The translations under genes were made by a program, and so were the position numbers. A stretch of DNA of 63,473 bases, taken from positions 64,652,168-64,715,640 of the forward strand of contig NC_068984.1 of NCBI RefSeq assembly GCF_001194135.2, given 5' to 3'. Below are positions 1 through 11,907 of this stretch, piece after piece. Positions within the stretch are counted from its first letter, which is position 1; each line of letters begins with the position of its first letter. Source of the stretch: Octopus bimaculoides (Eukaryota). The notes beneath the pieces were generated by a model that saw only the letters and a program-made list of their open reading frames with translations, did no database searches and was not told the origin of the DNA.

Positions 1-2061
1 AGCTTATTTACATTCACAATGTTACCAACGTATTTTTGATATGATTAAAGTTTAATTAAAAGAGGAAGTTCAGGGTGTCCAAAATTAGAAGAAAGGAAAA
101 AAAAGAAGAAACCATGACTTCTGGATTAATCTCAAACGAAAGGTCTGATTGCAATGCTTGCCACAGAGTGGACTCAGTTACAGGTACCTAAGAACCTGAT
201 ACTGTAGTTGAACAGAGTGATGTATGGAGTCTAATAGCTAAGCTTCTTTTTCTCACATTTACATTCACTCACACTCCATATATGTATATATATATGTATA
301 TATATGCACCCCCTCCCCCCCACACACATAACTATCTATTTCTTTATTTTCTTTCATATTCACATAGGTTGAGTAGACATACAGTAGTGGCATATGCATA
401 GAGGTGATGTTGCGTGTTGATCTTGTAGACAACCAGATATGAGCCAAGAATATATAAGTTATCAGAAATATCATATAGTTACAAAAGTTCAACAACTACA
501 CTATTAACAAAATGAAGAAAGAAAAAAAAATCTATTAATGGTTCACAACCCCATGCTGCTGTTTTATTCTTACAAAAATGTCTTGGTATGTTTACTGCTG
601 TCCCCTGCCCCATTACTTTCACACCTAAAATAAGCAAATAATTTTTATATCAGACAGCTATTTGATTTTCATAGGTGTGTGTATATCACTGTATAAATGA
701 GTGAATGCAAGCATTTTTGTGTATGTGTCTATATACATACACACATACACATATATATATGTGTATCCATACATACACACATGCATGCATATATAAACAC
801 ATGCACACACATACACACACATGGATATACAGAAATACAATTCTGTAAGTTCAAAAGTTATTAATTTTATTCTCCATTTTTATATCTCATTCCTTATGAT
901 AGCTACTACTACTACTAGCTACAGCTTCAATCGAGACTTTTATTGTTAGATATAACTTGGTTTTAGTATCACTATCATCGTAATGCCAGAAAACATGCAA
1001 ACTCTTTTCAGAATAAGAGTAGTGCTCTGCACGGAATGGAAGCAACAAAAGAGAAAGGCAGAGGAGGCGGGGTCATCCCAAAAAGATTGAAGGAGAGAAA
1101 GAAAAGTGTGGGAGATAGACAAAATGAGATTTATAGTTTTTAGATTAGCAATGTATAAACTACTTTCAGTAATAACATTTTCCCTCTCTAACTCTCTCTG
1201 CGCGTGTGTGCGTATGTATGTATAAAGGCCAATCAAAATATAATTTTAAAAAAACAATAAAAGGAACGCGAACACAATTTGAAATTGACTTCAATGAAGT
1301 ATAAAATGATGTTTAAGTATTAGTAAACGGGGAAGCGGGGGATGAAAATTACCAGAAATAAAAAAATGTATATAAACCAAAACTAAAATCTGAAAATGGG
1401 AAATATGATAAAAGAAAACAAGAAAAAATTGAAAATGTAACAAAAAAAAAAATATTGGAAAATATAAAGTAAAAATTTGAAAACGAGAAAAAAATGGGAG
1501 TTGGGGAACATAATGATAAGAAAGAGAAAAAAAGCTATGAAATCAGTTTAAAGTAGGAGAACCTTGAGGAAAGAAAGGCAAAAGAGAAGAAAAAGTATAA
1601 GAATAACAATAATGAACTAATCCTTGAACCAAAAGAGTAATAAATAGTGTAATGTAAAGAATATTAGAAAAAAAAATTAGATTGAATAAGATAGCATGTT
1701 TAAAATATTACACTTTTATCGAAAGGTAGGTAGCATGGAATATAACAGTAGTGTGCCGGTAGGTTAAGATGAAAGATAAATATAATTGTAGGCACTGGCT
1801 TTTCCAAATGTTAGATGTAAATGTTGTTAAATAAGTTTGGAATACTGAATACTTTTGTTTCATAATTTATCTGCCACATATCAGAGCAGCTCCATAAGAA
1901 GCCCAAATAATTATTATCACCATCATTACTGTTTAGTTAGTGAGGTATAATGCAGTCTTAACTATATTGGGGTCTAAACATCTAGTATTTAAAAATCAAT
2001 ATTTTAATAGATTTTTTTTTCTTTTCCTTTTATTAAAATTGCCCTCAAGTACAATGCTATT

Positions 2062-2968
2062 CTTCCTCTTGACATTATTGGTATATATTTTATCGACCCC
2101 CAAAAGGATGAAAGGCAAGTCAACCTTGATTTTGCCAGTTCAACAACTTAATAATAATAATGATAATAATAATAATAATAATAATAATGATGATGATGAT
2201 GATTTCAAATTTCGGCACAAGGTCAGCAATTTCGGGGAAGGAAAATGCCAATTGTTCAACTAGAACTTATCGACCTTGTAAAGATGAAAGGCAAAGTCAA
2301 CCTCAGTGGAATTTGAACTCAGAATGTGTAGACAGATGAAATGCTGCTAAGCATTATGCCTCGTATGCTAATGATTTTGCCAACTCACTACCTTAATGAC
2401 AATAATGATAATTCTATTATAGGCACACTGCTTGAAATTTTGCGGGAGGGGAAAGTCAATTACATTGACCTCAGTACTTGACTGGTACTTAATTTATTGA
2501 CCTTGAAAGGATGAAAGGCAAGGTTGAACATAGTGGAATTTGAACTCAGAACATAGCGAGATGAGTGAAACACCACTAAGCATTTCGTCCAGCATGCTAA
2601 CAATTCTGACAGCTCGCCACCATAATGATGATAATAATAATGATAATAAAGGATTGCTTCAAATTTTGGTACAAAGCCAGCAGTTTCAGGGACAGGGGTT
2701 TAGTTTGATACCATCAACCCCAGTAATTGATATAGATATATCATTTTATCAGCTCTGAAAGGATGAAAGGCAAAATTGACCTTGACAAGTTACAAAGCCA
2801 GAACGTTTGAGAAAGGAACTTTTGATATTATTGACCCTCAGTACATAACTGGTCCCTCAGAAAAACATAACACAAAAGTGACCTCAATGGGATTCAAGCT
2901 CAAAATGTAAAGAATTAGAACAAATATTGCAAGGCATTTTCACTGATGTTGCAATAATTCTGCCAATC
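2062..2968 (-). mobile_element. Cluster of four SINE-like copies (family C) separated by AAT/GAT microsatellites
   Basis: Recurrent core gaaaggatgaaaggcaaagtcgacc...ggaatttgaactcagaa...gattctgccagctcgcc at ~2062, 2205, 2412 and 2655. Confidence 0.85.
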
Positions 2969-3646
2969 CTAAATAATATTTTTAGCTATTATCATCAATA
3001 CCATAACCATCACCATCATCATCGGAGCTGTCAGTGATGGGCAATGCAGAGTAAGTCCAAGGCCACCCATCCCCACCCTATAAGCAACTTTTGATCTTTA
3101 GTTCAAAATGTTTCATGTCCCACTTAAAAAATGATTATTTGTTTATTTGGAGAAAATGAAGAAGAAAGAGGAAGAGGGAGAGAGAGAGAGAAAAAAGAGA
3201 AGGAAGGCTGAAAGAAAAACAAGAAGAAAGAAAAGATGAAGCAAAGGTAGGTATATTTGAAATATTCAATGAAACGGTGAACGTAAGCCAATAAATATTG
3301 ATTATATCTCGTATTTCAGTTTAAAGACTATCAGACTGTCTATTATTGTTTTGGTAAGAGAGCAACGATAAATGATGACTGAATTGAAGAATTAAAGCAA
3401 TGTTGGAGGAAATGGTGCTGATGGTGGAAGGGAAGGCAGTAATGGAGGAGGGGGAAAATAGTGGTGGAAACGTGTGGATGATGACGATGATGACGATAAT
3501 GGAGGAGGAGAAGATAATAGTAGAAACGCTGATGGTGGTAATGATAATGATGAGGGGGGATGAGAAGGTGGAGGAAGAGGAAGTGGTGATAGAATTAATG
3601 ATAATGATGAGAAGAATGAAGAGAGGGAATAATAATAATAATAATA

Positions 3647-3690
<44 letters not shown>

Positions 3691-4544
3691 NNNNNNNNNN
3701 NNNNNNNNNNNNNNNNNNNNNNNNNNNNNNNNNNNNNNNNNNNNNNNNNNNNNNNNNNNNNNNNNNNNNNNNNNNNNNNNNNNNNNNNNNNNNNNNNNNN
3801 NNNNNNNNNNNNNNNNNNNNNNNNNNNNNNNNNNNNNNNNNNNNNNNNNNNNNNNNNNNNNNNNNNNNNNNNNNNNNNNNNNNNNNNNNNNNNNNNNNNN
3901 NNNNNNNNNNNNNNNNNNNNNNNNNNNNNNNNNNNNNNNNNNNNNNNNNNNNNNNNNNNNNNNNNNNNNNNNNNNNNNNNNNNNNNNNNNNNNNNNNNNN
4001 NNNNNNNNNNNNNNNNNNNNNNNNNNNNNNNNNNNNNNNNNNNNNNNNNNNNNNNNNNNNNNNNNNNNNNNNNNNNNNNNNNNNNTGATGATGATGATGA
4101 TGAGGAGGAGGAGGAGAAGGGGAGGAAATAACAATGGGGATGAGACAGAAGAAGTGATACAAGAAGAGGAGGAGGAAGTTTATGTAGATTTGAAAGAAAC
4201 TTCTTTCTGACTTTGGATAATTAATGTAACTTATTTTGTGACTGACATAGAAAATCTCAATCAAGGATAATAAGACTTGGTAATGGCTCTATTTACTGAG
4301 ATTATAACATTATTTCTGCAGAAAAAGAGTTCAAATATATATATATATCCTTCCAACCATGGACGGTGTGTGAGAATACAGAATCCATGTATAGTGCAAT
4401 ATTAAGATTACTTTTTTGTATTAACACTGCCTGTGTTGTTGATATTATATACATACACACATACACATATATGTATACATATATATATAATATTATATAT
4501 ATAATAACACATGTATATATATATAAATATAGCTGTTGCCAGTA

Positions 4545-4739
4545 CTATGTGACTGGCCCTCGTGCCGGTGGCACGTAAAAGCATCCACTACACTCTCGGA
4601 GTGGTTGGCGTTAGGAAGGACATCCAGCTGTAGAAACTCTGCCAGATCAGATTGAAGCCTGGTGCAGCCTTCTGGCTTGCCAGTCCTCAGTCAAATCGTC
4701 CAACCCATGCTAGCATGGAAAGTGGACGTTAAATGATGA

Positions 4740-4742
<3 letters not shown>
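4545..4742 (+). mobile_element. RTE LINE 3' UTR fragment with (GAT)n tail
   Basis: Matches the 3' UTR that follows the RTE ORF at 17700-17888 (cacgtaaaagca...gtggttggcgttaggaagg...aacccatgctagcatggaaag). Confidence 0.85.
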
Positions 4743-4782
<40 letters not shown>

Positions 4783-5136
4783 TGTATGTGTGTATGGAAA
4801 TATATATATACATGTACGTATGTTTATATATGTCTTTATGGAGGAAAAGACAATAGGCAAAGGATTTAGTCAATCTGTCTGGATTACTAGAAGTTTTGGT
4901 TTGCATAATATGAATTTCCCCATGAGGAGAAGAGACAATGTTAAATAACAACAACAACAACAACAACAACTACTACTACTACTACTACTACTACTACAGC
5001 CACAACTCTGAATATGTTTTGGTTTTGGATAATTTTGCAATTAGGGGATTTCAGAATGAATGAGTATTCATACCAACTTCTGGGATAGACAAAAGGTCTC
5101 CCTTTTAGACATTTTTATCTATTACTTGTTTGTATC

Positions 5137-5287
5137 TTAAGAATATTCTTGTGTTGGCACTCCATTCAACATGTCTCCTTCAGATAGAAAAGCAGTAAGG
5201 AGTAGTAGCAAAAAAAATAACAGAAAACTGGATACATCCCTCCAAAATATGTTGAAGTGCTTATTGGAGAGACCAAAAAAGATAAAT
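5137..5287 (-). CDS. Candidate (terminal) coding exon of an unidentified minus-strand gene: (R)FIFFGLSNKHFNIFWRDVSSFLLFFLLLLLTAFLSEGDMLNGVPTQEYS*
   Basis: Strong pyrimidine tract plus TAG acceptor (tttttaattctcttttctatag). Frame is open to TAA at 5137-5139. Phase 2 start matches the phase 2 end of the exon at 11652-11731. No homology recognised. Confidence 0.35.
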
Positions 5288-5509
5288 CTATAGAAAAGAG
5301 AATTAAAAATAAATAATAAACAAAAAAAACAACAACTCAGCAACAAAGTGACATGTTTACAAACACAGTTTCAATTCAACAACTGGAAATAGCTTATGCA
5401 CAACACAAAATACAAATATACAAATAGTAACGTATACAAAAATACATATAGTAACAACACAGGACATAGAATTTTAAACTAAATTATTATAACTCCTTTA
5501 CCCAGCATT

Positions 5510-5847
5510 GTGTGGAGGCGTAATGGCCCAGTGGTTAGGGCAGCGGACTCGCAGTCATAGGATCGTGGTTTCGATTCCCAGACCGGGCGTTGTGAGTGTT
5601 TATTGAACGAAAACACCTAAAGCTCCACGAGGCAGGGGATGGTGGCGAACCCTGTTGTACTCTTTCACCACAACTTTCTCTCACTCTTACTTCCTGTTTC
5701 TGTTGTGCCTGTAATTCAAAGGGTCAGCCATGTCACACTGTGTCACACTGAATATCTCCGAGAATTATGTTAAGGGTACACGTGTCTGTTCCGTTGATCA
5801 GATCAACTGGAACCCTTGACGTCATAAGCGACGGTGTGCCAACAACA
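5510..5847 (+). mobile_element. Near full-length tRNA-headed SINE (family A) with 10-bp TSD
   Basis: A box tggcccagtgg, B box ggtttcgattccc, (AAC)n tail. acccagcatt is repeated at 5500-5509 and 5848-5857. Paralogues at 25075 and 29296. Confidence 0.9.
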
Positions 5848-6214
5848 ACCCAGCATTATAAGCCAAAGCGAAGTTTTAAACATGGACTGAGTCTAGCCAA
5901 TATAGGTTACAAAGGTGTATGTTTCATTGCTGAAGAAATTTAAATGAGAGTGTTTTGCAAAGGCTGAGGGTAGTTTCCACCTTCCCTGAAAGATACACTT
6001 AGAGAAAGCCCAAGATGATGCATGGCATTGTAATTGTTACATCAGTAGTGGTAAGACACCTGCAAGTCTGTGTCTGGTGTTCAAAAGTGAAGCTCAAATA
6101 AGAAAGCAGACTGAACTGATACGCCACACATCTGCCTTTATAGACTAGTATGCAATACATGAAATCATGTAACAGACCACAACCAACTTATATTCTACAT
6201 ACAAACATACATAC

Positions 6215-6247
<33 letters not shown>

Positions 6248-6489
6248 TGCTACATATTCCTATTTAAAACAACTCAGAAAACTGCAATTTAAGTGAAATC
6301 TTCAATAATATAAAGTAGAGTAGGAAAATTATTTATCAAATAATGGCTCTTATAAGATTTCTGTTTAGAAATTGTCTGAGATAAATTCTAGAGAAGATAG
6401 CATGACTAGACTTGTAAGAGACATCATTTTATTAAATATACATACATACAAATATATAGCACACATACGTCTAATACAATAAATTTCCA

Positions 6490-7540
6490 TAAACTAATTT
6501 CTGTGTGTAAGTGTGTCACACTTTGACCCCCTCCTCTCACTATGCAATGACACTTCTACTATTCCTCATGATGGGGTGAGAGTAATGGTAGGCATAGAGA
6601 CGGTGAAAGCAGTGGCAAAGACCGGCAGAGAGAAGGAAAGAAAAAGAGGAGAGAAAGAGAGACAAAGAAATTTAGGGAGAGTTGATGATGTTTTATTAAA
6701 AATAGTAGTGTTGATGGTAGCAGTGGGAGTAATAATAAGAGAGAGAGAAAGAGTGGGTATGTAAGAGAAAGAGGGAGATGATGTACAACTTTGTTTAACC
6801 ATGTCTTTTTAACAGAAATTCCTGTGGCCAACATAATGAACACTGAACCAACATACTGAACAATCATTTTTGTTTTATTTTTTACTTTCTTTAATACACA
6901 CACACACACAACACAAAATACACTTTAATTGAAATAAAGTTTCCCCCAAATTAAACATATCTAATATAATAAATGTGAATATTAGTCACACTTTTTCATT
7001 TTTAATAAATCCTTTCTACTAAAAGCACAAGGCCTCAAATTTTGGGGGAAGGGACCAGGTCAATTACATCAACCCCAGTATGTAAATGGTACTAATTTTA
7101 TCGACCCCAAAAGGATGAATGGCAAAGTCGACCTTGGCGGAACTCGAACTCATAACCTAACGGCAGACAAAATGCTGCTATGCATTTTGCCTGGCATGCT
7201 AATGATTCTGCCAGCTCGCCGCCTTAATGTAATAAATGCAAAAACTAATTTCTGTGTGTCAGTGTGTCACACTTTTATCCCTCTCACTATTCATTGACAC
7301 TTCTACTATTGCTCATACTGGGGTGAGAGTAATGGTAGGTATAGAGATGGTGAGGATGGTGGCGAAGACAGATGGAGAGAAAGAGAGACAAAGAAATTTA
7401 TGGAGAGTTGAAGATGCTTTTATCAAAAGTAGTAGAGTTGGTGGTGGCAGTGGGAGTAATAATAAGAGTGAGAGAAAGAGCGAGTATGTGAGAGAGACTG
7501 AACACTGAACCAGCATGCTGAACTAACATACTGAACACTG
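6490..7540. repeat. Diverged direct duplication (~6490-6865 vs ~7240-7540)
   Basis: Shared aaactaatttctgtgtgt..gtgtcacactt, gacacttctactatt, ggggtgagagtaatggtagg, agagacaaagaaattta and aacactgaacca blocks. Confidence 0.8.
7015..7227 (-). mobile_element. SINE family C copy
   Basis: atcgaccccaaaaggatgaatggcaaagtcgaccttggcgg...ccagctcgccgcctta. Confidence 0.85.
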
Positions 7541-7914
7541 ATGGTAATGGGGTGACAGTAATAGTATGAGCTGTAGTTGTGATAGAGGTGGAGGCAGTGG
7601 TGATGATGGTGGTGGTAGTGGTGGTAGTCGAGGCCCTCAGGGATGAAGGTGAGAGTAAGTGATGAGAAAGATAGTGGTGATGGTGGTGGAGGGGAAGTGG
7701 TGAAGTCAAAAGTATTGATGGTAATGGCATCAGAAGTCTGAATGGTGTGTGTATGGCAGATATGGTGACAATGGTGGTGATACTGTTCTTTATCATGCAG
7801 TGTTGCAATAAGTTCCAAGTCAACAATTATATGATTGTTTTGATGATAATTGTTCATTGCTTTAAAAATATTGTTCAAGAGAGAGAGAGAGAGAGACCAG
7901 ATATGTAGATATAT

Positions 7915-8030
7915 ATATCATTATAATTCATTGTCTATCTTCCATGCTAGCATTGGTAGGTACAGTTTCTATAACTGAATATTCTATCAAACACCAACCA
8001 CTTTGCAGTGTGTACTGAGTGTATTTGCCA
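7915..8030 (-). mobile_element. Degenerate RTE-type 3' tail
   Basis: Minus strand reads ...AAAGTGGTTGGTGTTTG...TAGAAACTG...CCAATGCTAGCATGGAAGATAGAC. Confidence 0.6.
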
Positions 8031-9991
8031 CAAGACCAACACAAAGTAACTCACAAGACAAAGAAAAGTATCCCTTGGCTGAGTGGCATTCTAGAAGAGA
8101 GGGAGGTGCTGGGAGCTTAAAATATGAGAAGAGGAGAGGAAGAGGTATCATTCTATAACAATATAAGGCAACTCCACATTATATAAAGGTGATTAGAAGT
8201 AGCTGAAAAGAAGGCAAAGAAGGTAAAGACATACGAGTGACTCAAAGAGGAGGAAGTGATAAGTGACAGTACAATAAGGGTGGAGAGTAGGAGTATAATA
8301 AATCTGTAGATAGATCAGAAATAGGAAAATCATATGCAGCATGGGAGAGGGAAGTGGAGAGGGAGAAAAAGATGTACAGTGACAGATTGATGTTAGAGAT
8401 ACGTAGTGGAGGCTATAGCGAACGAGGACAGAAGATTAGTGGGTGGAGCATCAGCAGCAGATATGAGAGAATGTTAAAGATAAGTTATGGCAGTCCTAAG
8501 ATGTAGCTCAGAGGACAGGAAGAGATAACGAGAGAGAAAAAAAGAGGTAATCAATGGGAAATTAAGGAAGGGGTTATATTGAGAATGAGGAAGGGGTGAA
8601 ATATGTAAAGTTCTACTCTCATACGATTAGAGCAGTTGAATAGCTAAACAATGGGATGGATGTTAGAAAGATGTAAGGTAGGGAATGCTTAGAGAGGACA
8701 AATTGAGTGCAGGACACATACACTTGCTTAACTGTTCTAGTTGGTGAATGAAACAAGAAAGGAGCACTCAATACATGTACTAAGCGCCCCCGATAAAACT
8801 GCATTTCATTTATTTCTAACTGAAGTTTATTGCTGCAATGATACCTAAACATTATATGTTACAGCTTGTGTGTTTGTGTGTGAGAGGGGAAACAGAGTGA
8901 AAACAGATTTCACTTTTGAGGTCATAAATAGCAATATATACTGATTATTGCAGGAGTAATCTAGCAATCTGATATAGATCAACCATTTATATTTATTACA
9001 TACATTTTTACAAAATAAAAGATAATAAAAAAAAAAATTCTCGCAGTTACCATCATTATTGCGATTGTTGTTGATATTGTTTATAGTTACTTATATCTTT
9101 TTGCTATTGTTACTTGTATCTTGATAAATATATTTCAAAACATACACATACGTACAAGAGTGCAAACATACACACACACACACACACACACACTTAGAAG
9201 CATACATTCATATACACAGATAAACAGACATAAGTAAAAAAAAGAAAAAAAAGAAAAACACATGATAAACGGAATTCTTATTTTATTCATATTTTTTGGC
9301 CTTTTTTTTGTATATTTATGTAATTCTTATACTATATATCAAAGAGATTCACTGTTTTATTTATGTGTTTTTTCTTAAAGTTTTTAGAATTATTATTCAT
9401 TATTATACATTTCTTATATATATATACTTATTTGTTTACAAAACATTTACTTATTCATATGTCTTTTATTTTTGTAACAAATTTGTTATTTGTAACATCT
9501 GAACTTACAGGAACAAAAGTAATAAGTTGAAATGATATACCTATGCTACTCAATATTCCACCTTCCTTGAACATACACATTCTCTTGCAAATATGTATTT
9601 TGTGTGTATATATTCACACATTTCTCTCATATAAGCATGTGTGCTTGTGTAAACCAGCACATACGTGCTTACATATATATATACATATATATATAGACAC
9701 AAAACCACACAAACACAATTACTTTACTTCCACATGAAAGCTTTGTAAGTGCGATCAATAGCTTTGCTTTCTACAATTAAATATATACTTAGATACCCAT
9801 ATATGGGTGTTTAAATCTATTGAATGCAGTTAATGATAACCTTGAACATTAGGATTCATTCACCATCTAGCCCTCTTGGTTACTTGTTGCAAGCATATGG
9901 TTATTTGCTTCCTCCTGCACAATCTTTCCACAGATGCCCTGGAAAAATTAAAAGACTTTTGGACACAGACGTTTTATATATATATATATAT

Positions 9992-10215
9992 CATCATCAT
10001 CATCATCTTTGTTTAATGTCCGCTTTCCATGCTAGCATGGGTTGAACGATTTGACTGAGGACTGGTGGACCAGGTGGCTACACCAGGCTCCAATCTGGTT
10101 TGGCAGAGCTTCTACTGCTGGATGCCCTTCCTAACGCCAACCACTTCAAGAGTGTAATGGGTGCTTTTACGTGCCACCGGCACGAAAGCCAGTCAGGCGG
10201 TACTGGCAACGATCA
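9992..10215 (-). mobile_element. RTE LINE 3' UTR fragment
   Basis: Reverse complement of 4545-4742 and 17700-17888, with (ATC)n tail. Confidence 0.85.
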
Positions 10216-10228
10216 AGTATATATATAA

Positions 10229-10264
<36 letters not shown>

Positions 10265-10649
10265 GTGATGTGCATGAGAATCTAAGAGCATTGGTTATTG
10301 AGCAGTACAAACTGAAGCAGCAGCAAGTGGCAAAGCAAATTCATGTCATAATATGAATATAAACACACATTACTTCAAAGTATTGAAAAACAGACACAGG
10401 TTCACAACAGGAAGAGCATCTTGTAGAAAAATCCTGCTTCAAATAACTGTGTCCATCCTATTCTGGTATGGAAAAACAGACATTCAATAATCAAAAAGAA
10501 ATTGTTTTCCAATAATTATTAATGTGACCAAGCCAAAGATCTTGTGAAACAACTAACCAAGAGAGGCGCTGTTAGCATCATATCACTGTTATTGCATAAT
10601 GTCTTTGACTGAGAAACATCATTCTTAAATCAACCACACAGCATATCTC

Positions 10650-10965
10650 TTTAATCGTTTGTTTCAGGTCACTGGACTGTGGCCATGCTGGGGCACTTCC
10701 TTGAAGTGTTTAGTTGAATAATTCATACACAGTACTTATCCTATCAGTCTCTTTTGCAGAACCACTAAGTTATGGGGATGTAAACTGACACCAGTTGTCA
10801 GGTAGTAGTGGGAAACAAAACACAGCACACACACACACACACACACACAGAAGGCCTTAGTTGGCCCAGGGCTATAGTTGAAGACATGTGCCCAATGTGC
10901 TGCACAATGGGACTGAACCTAAGACCATATGGTTGGGAAGAAAGCTTCTTAACTACACACCTGCA
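10650..10965 (-). mobile_element. tRNA-headed SINE family B copy (degenerate)
   Basis: ggccatgctggggcac...gttggcccagggctatagttgaagaca...tgggactgaacc...ggttgggaag. Confidence 0.75.
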
Positions 10966-11024
10966 ACTATACCTGTAAATATTTGGTGCAAATTAAACAA
11001 TAAATAAGCATAATAAGCAAAGAC

Positions 11025-11385
11025 ACAGGCATAGGTGTGTGGTTAAGAAATTCACTTTGCAACTATATGGTTTTAGGTTCAATACCACAGCAGAGCACAG
11101 CACCTTGGGCAAGTGTCTTCTACTACTACAAAAACCTTATAAGTGGATTTGGTACAGGGAAACCAAAAGCCCAGTGTGTGTTTGTGTGAGTTTGTCTGCA
11201 TGTGTGTGTGTGTCTGGTTGTAAATGAATGAGGTTGTTCATTTCCAGTCTTCTGTTAAAAATATGTCTGGTCATGAGGAAATATAACCCTACTTGGAAAG
11301 AGGAAGGGCATCCAGATGTAAAAAAAATCTGTCCTTTGACAAATTTTGTCTGACTCATGCGTGGAAAAGATGTTAAATGATGGTG
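11025..11385 (+). mobile_element. SINE with family-B head and RTE-type tail
   Basis: Head caccttgggcaagtgtcttctacta...gtggatttggta; tail ggaagggcatccag...gactcatgcgtggaaaagatgttaaatgatgg. Confidence 0.7.
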
Positions 11386-11430
11386 GTATGCACACACACA
11401 CACACACACACACACAGATAGATAGACAGA

Positions 11431-11591
11431 CAGATAGAAAAATAGATAGATAGATAGATAGATAGATAGACAGATAGATACTTATTCATTATATTTTTCA
11501 CCTAAACAACTGCCCTTTAATAAAGTGTCTTTCATATATGTACAAAAGCAGTTCAGCTATAGAAAAAACTNNNNNNNNNNCAGATAGAAAA

Positions 11592-11630
<39 letters not shown>

Positions 11631-11720
11631 CTTATTCATTATATTTTTCACCTAAACAACTGCCCTTTAGTAAAGTGTCTTTCATATATGTACAAAAGCA
11701 GTTCAGCTATAGAAAAAACT
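11431..11720. repeat. 140-bp tandem duplicate split by a 10-N gap; probable uncollapsed haplotype artefact
   Basis: 11431-11570 is nearly identical to 11581-11720 with 2 substitutions. Confidence 0.8.
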
Positions 11721-11731
11721 GATAGGAAAAC
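11652..11731 (-). CDS. Candidate 80-nt coding exon VFLSVFSIAELLLYIYERHFTKGQLF(R)
   Basis: Acceptor ttttttttgtag and donor AG|gtgaaa. Only one frame is open through the exon. Hydrophobic segment. Confidence 0.4.
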
Positions 11732-11785
11732 CTACAAAAAAAATTTCAAAAAAAATATAGAAATAAGAAAAAAAACAACTGGATC

Positions 11786-11907
11786 CTATCTGTGATTTGA
11801 TGTTATCAAAACACCACTGCCAATTTTGAATTGCAGTTCTTTACAAATCATGTCTATGGCTTCACCAGAGACGGTAAGTTCTTTGGTGCCTTGCAATTGT
11901 TCGGTGT
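11786..11907 (-). CDS. Candidate coding segment TEQLQGTKELTVSGEAIDMICKELQFKIGSGVLITSNHR*
   Basis: 39 open codons of non-repetitive sequence after ttaattaag. Phase 1 start fits the end of exon 16200-16300. The acceptor is weak and there is no clean donor. Confidence 0.25.

Noticed and set aside
115-190. Short ORF with CNACH (CxxCH heme-binding-like motif)
   Set aside because: 25 codons with no context; chance.
3392-4264. Long ORFs of 180-318 aa in the track (also 25189, 40117, 47851, 53420)
   Set aside because: Composed of N-gaps and microsatellite translations.
5137-5287. Resemblance of FFGLSNKHFN...RDVS to XPR1/EXS FFRLENEHLN...RDIS
   Set aside because: Only a 10-residue partial match needing gaps, and other exons show no SPX/EXS motifs; no gene symbol assigned.
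5221-5310. Plus-strand KTGYIPPKYVEVL resembling an SH3 C-terminus
   Set aside because: Preceded by an in-frame TAA, no pyrimidine tract, and no other SH3 exons; the opposite strand has better splice signals.
5514-5590. tRNA gene
   Set aside because: A and B boxes are present but there is no full cloverleaf; it is the head of a multi-copy SINE. The same applies to 21525, 28860 and 37130-37200.
11837-11873. Plus-strand mini-exon FFTNHVYGFTRD with strong gtaagt donor (similarly 16932-16975 LIAKSVILSEQFLAL)
   Set aside because: These overlap longer minus-strand open frames and do not build a convincing plus-strand chain. They cannot be excluded without RNA data, and they show how easily splice signals arise by chance here.
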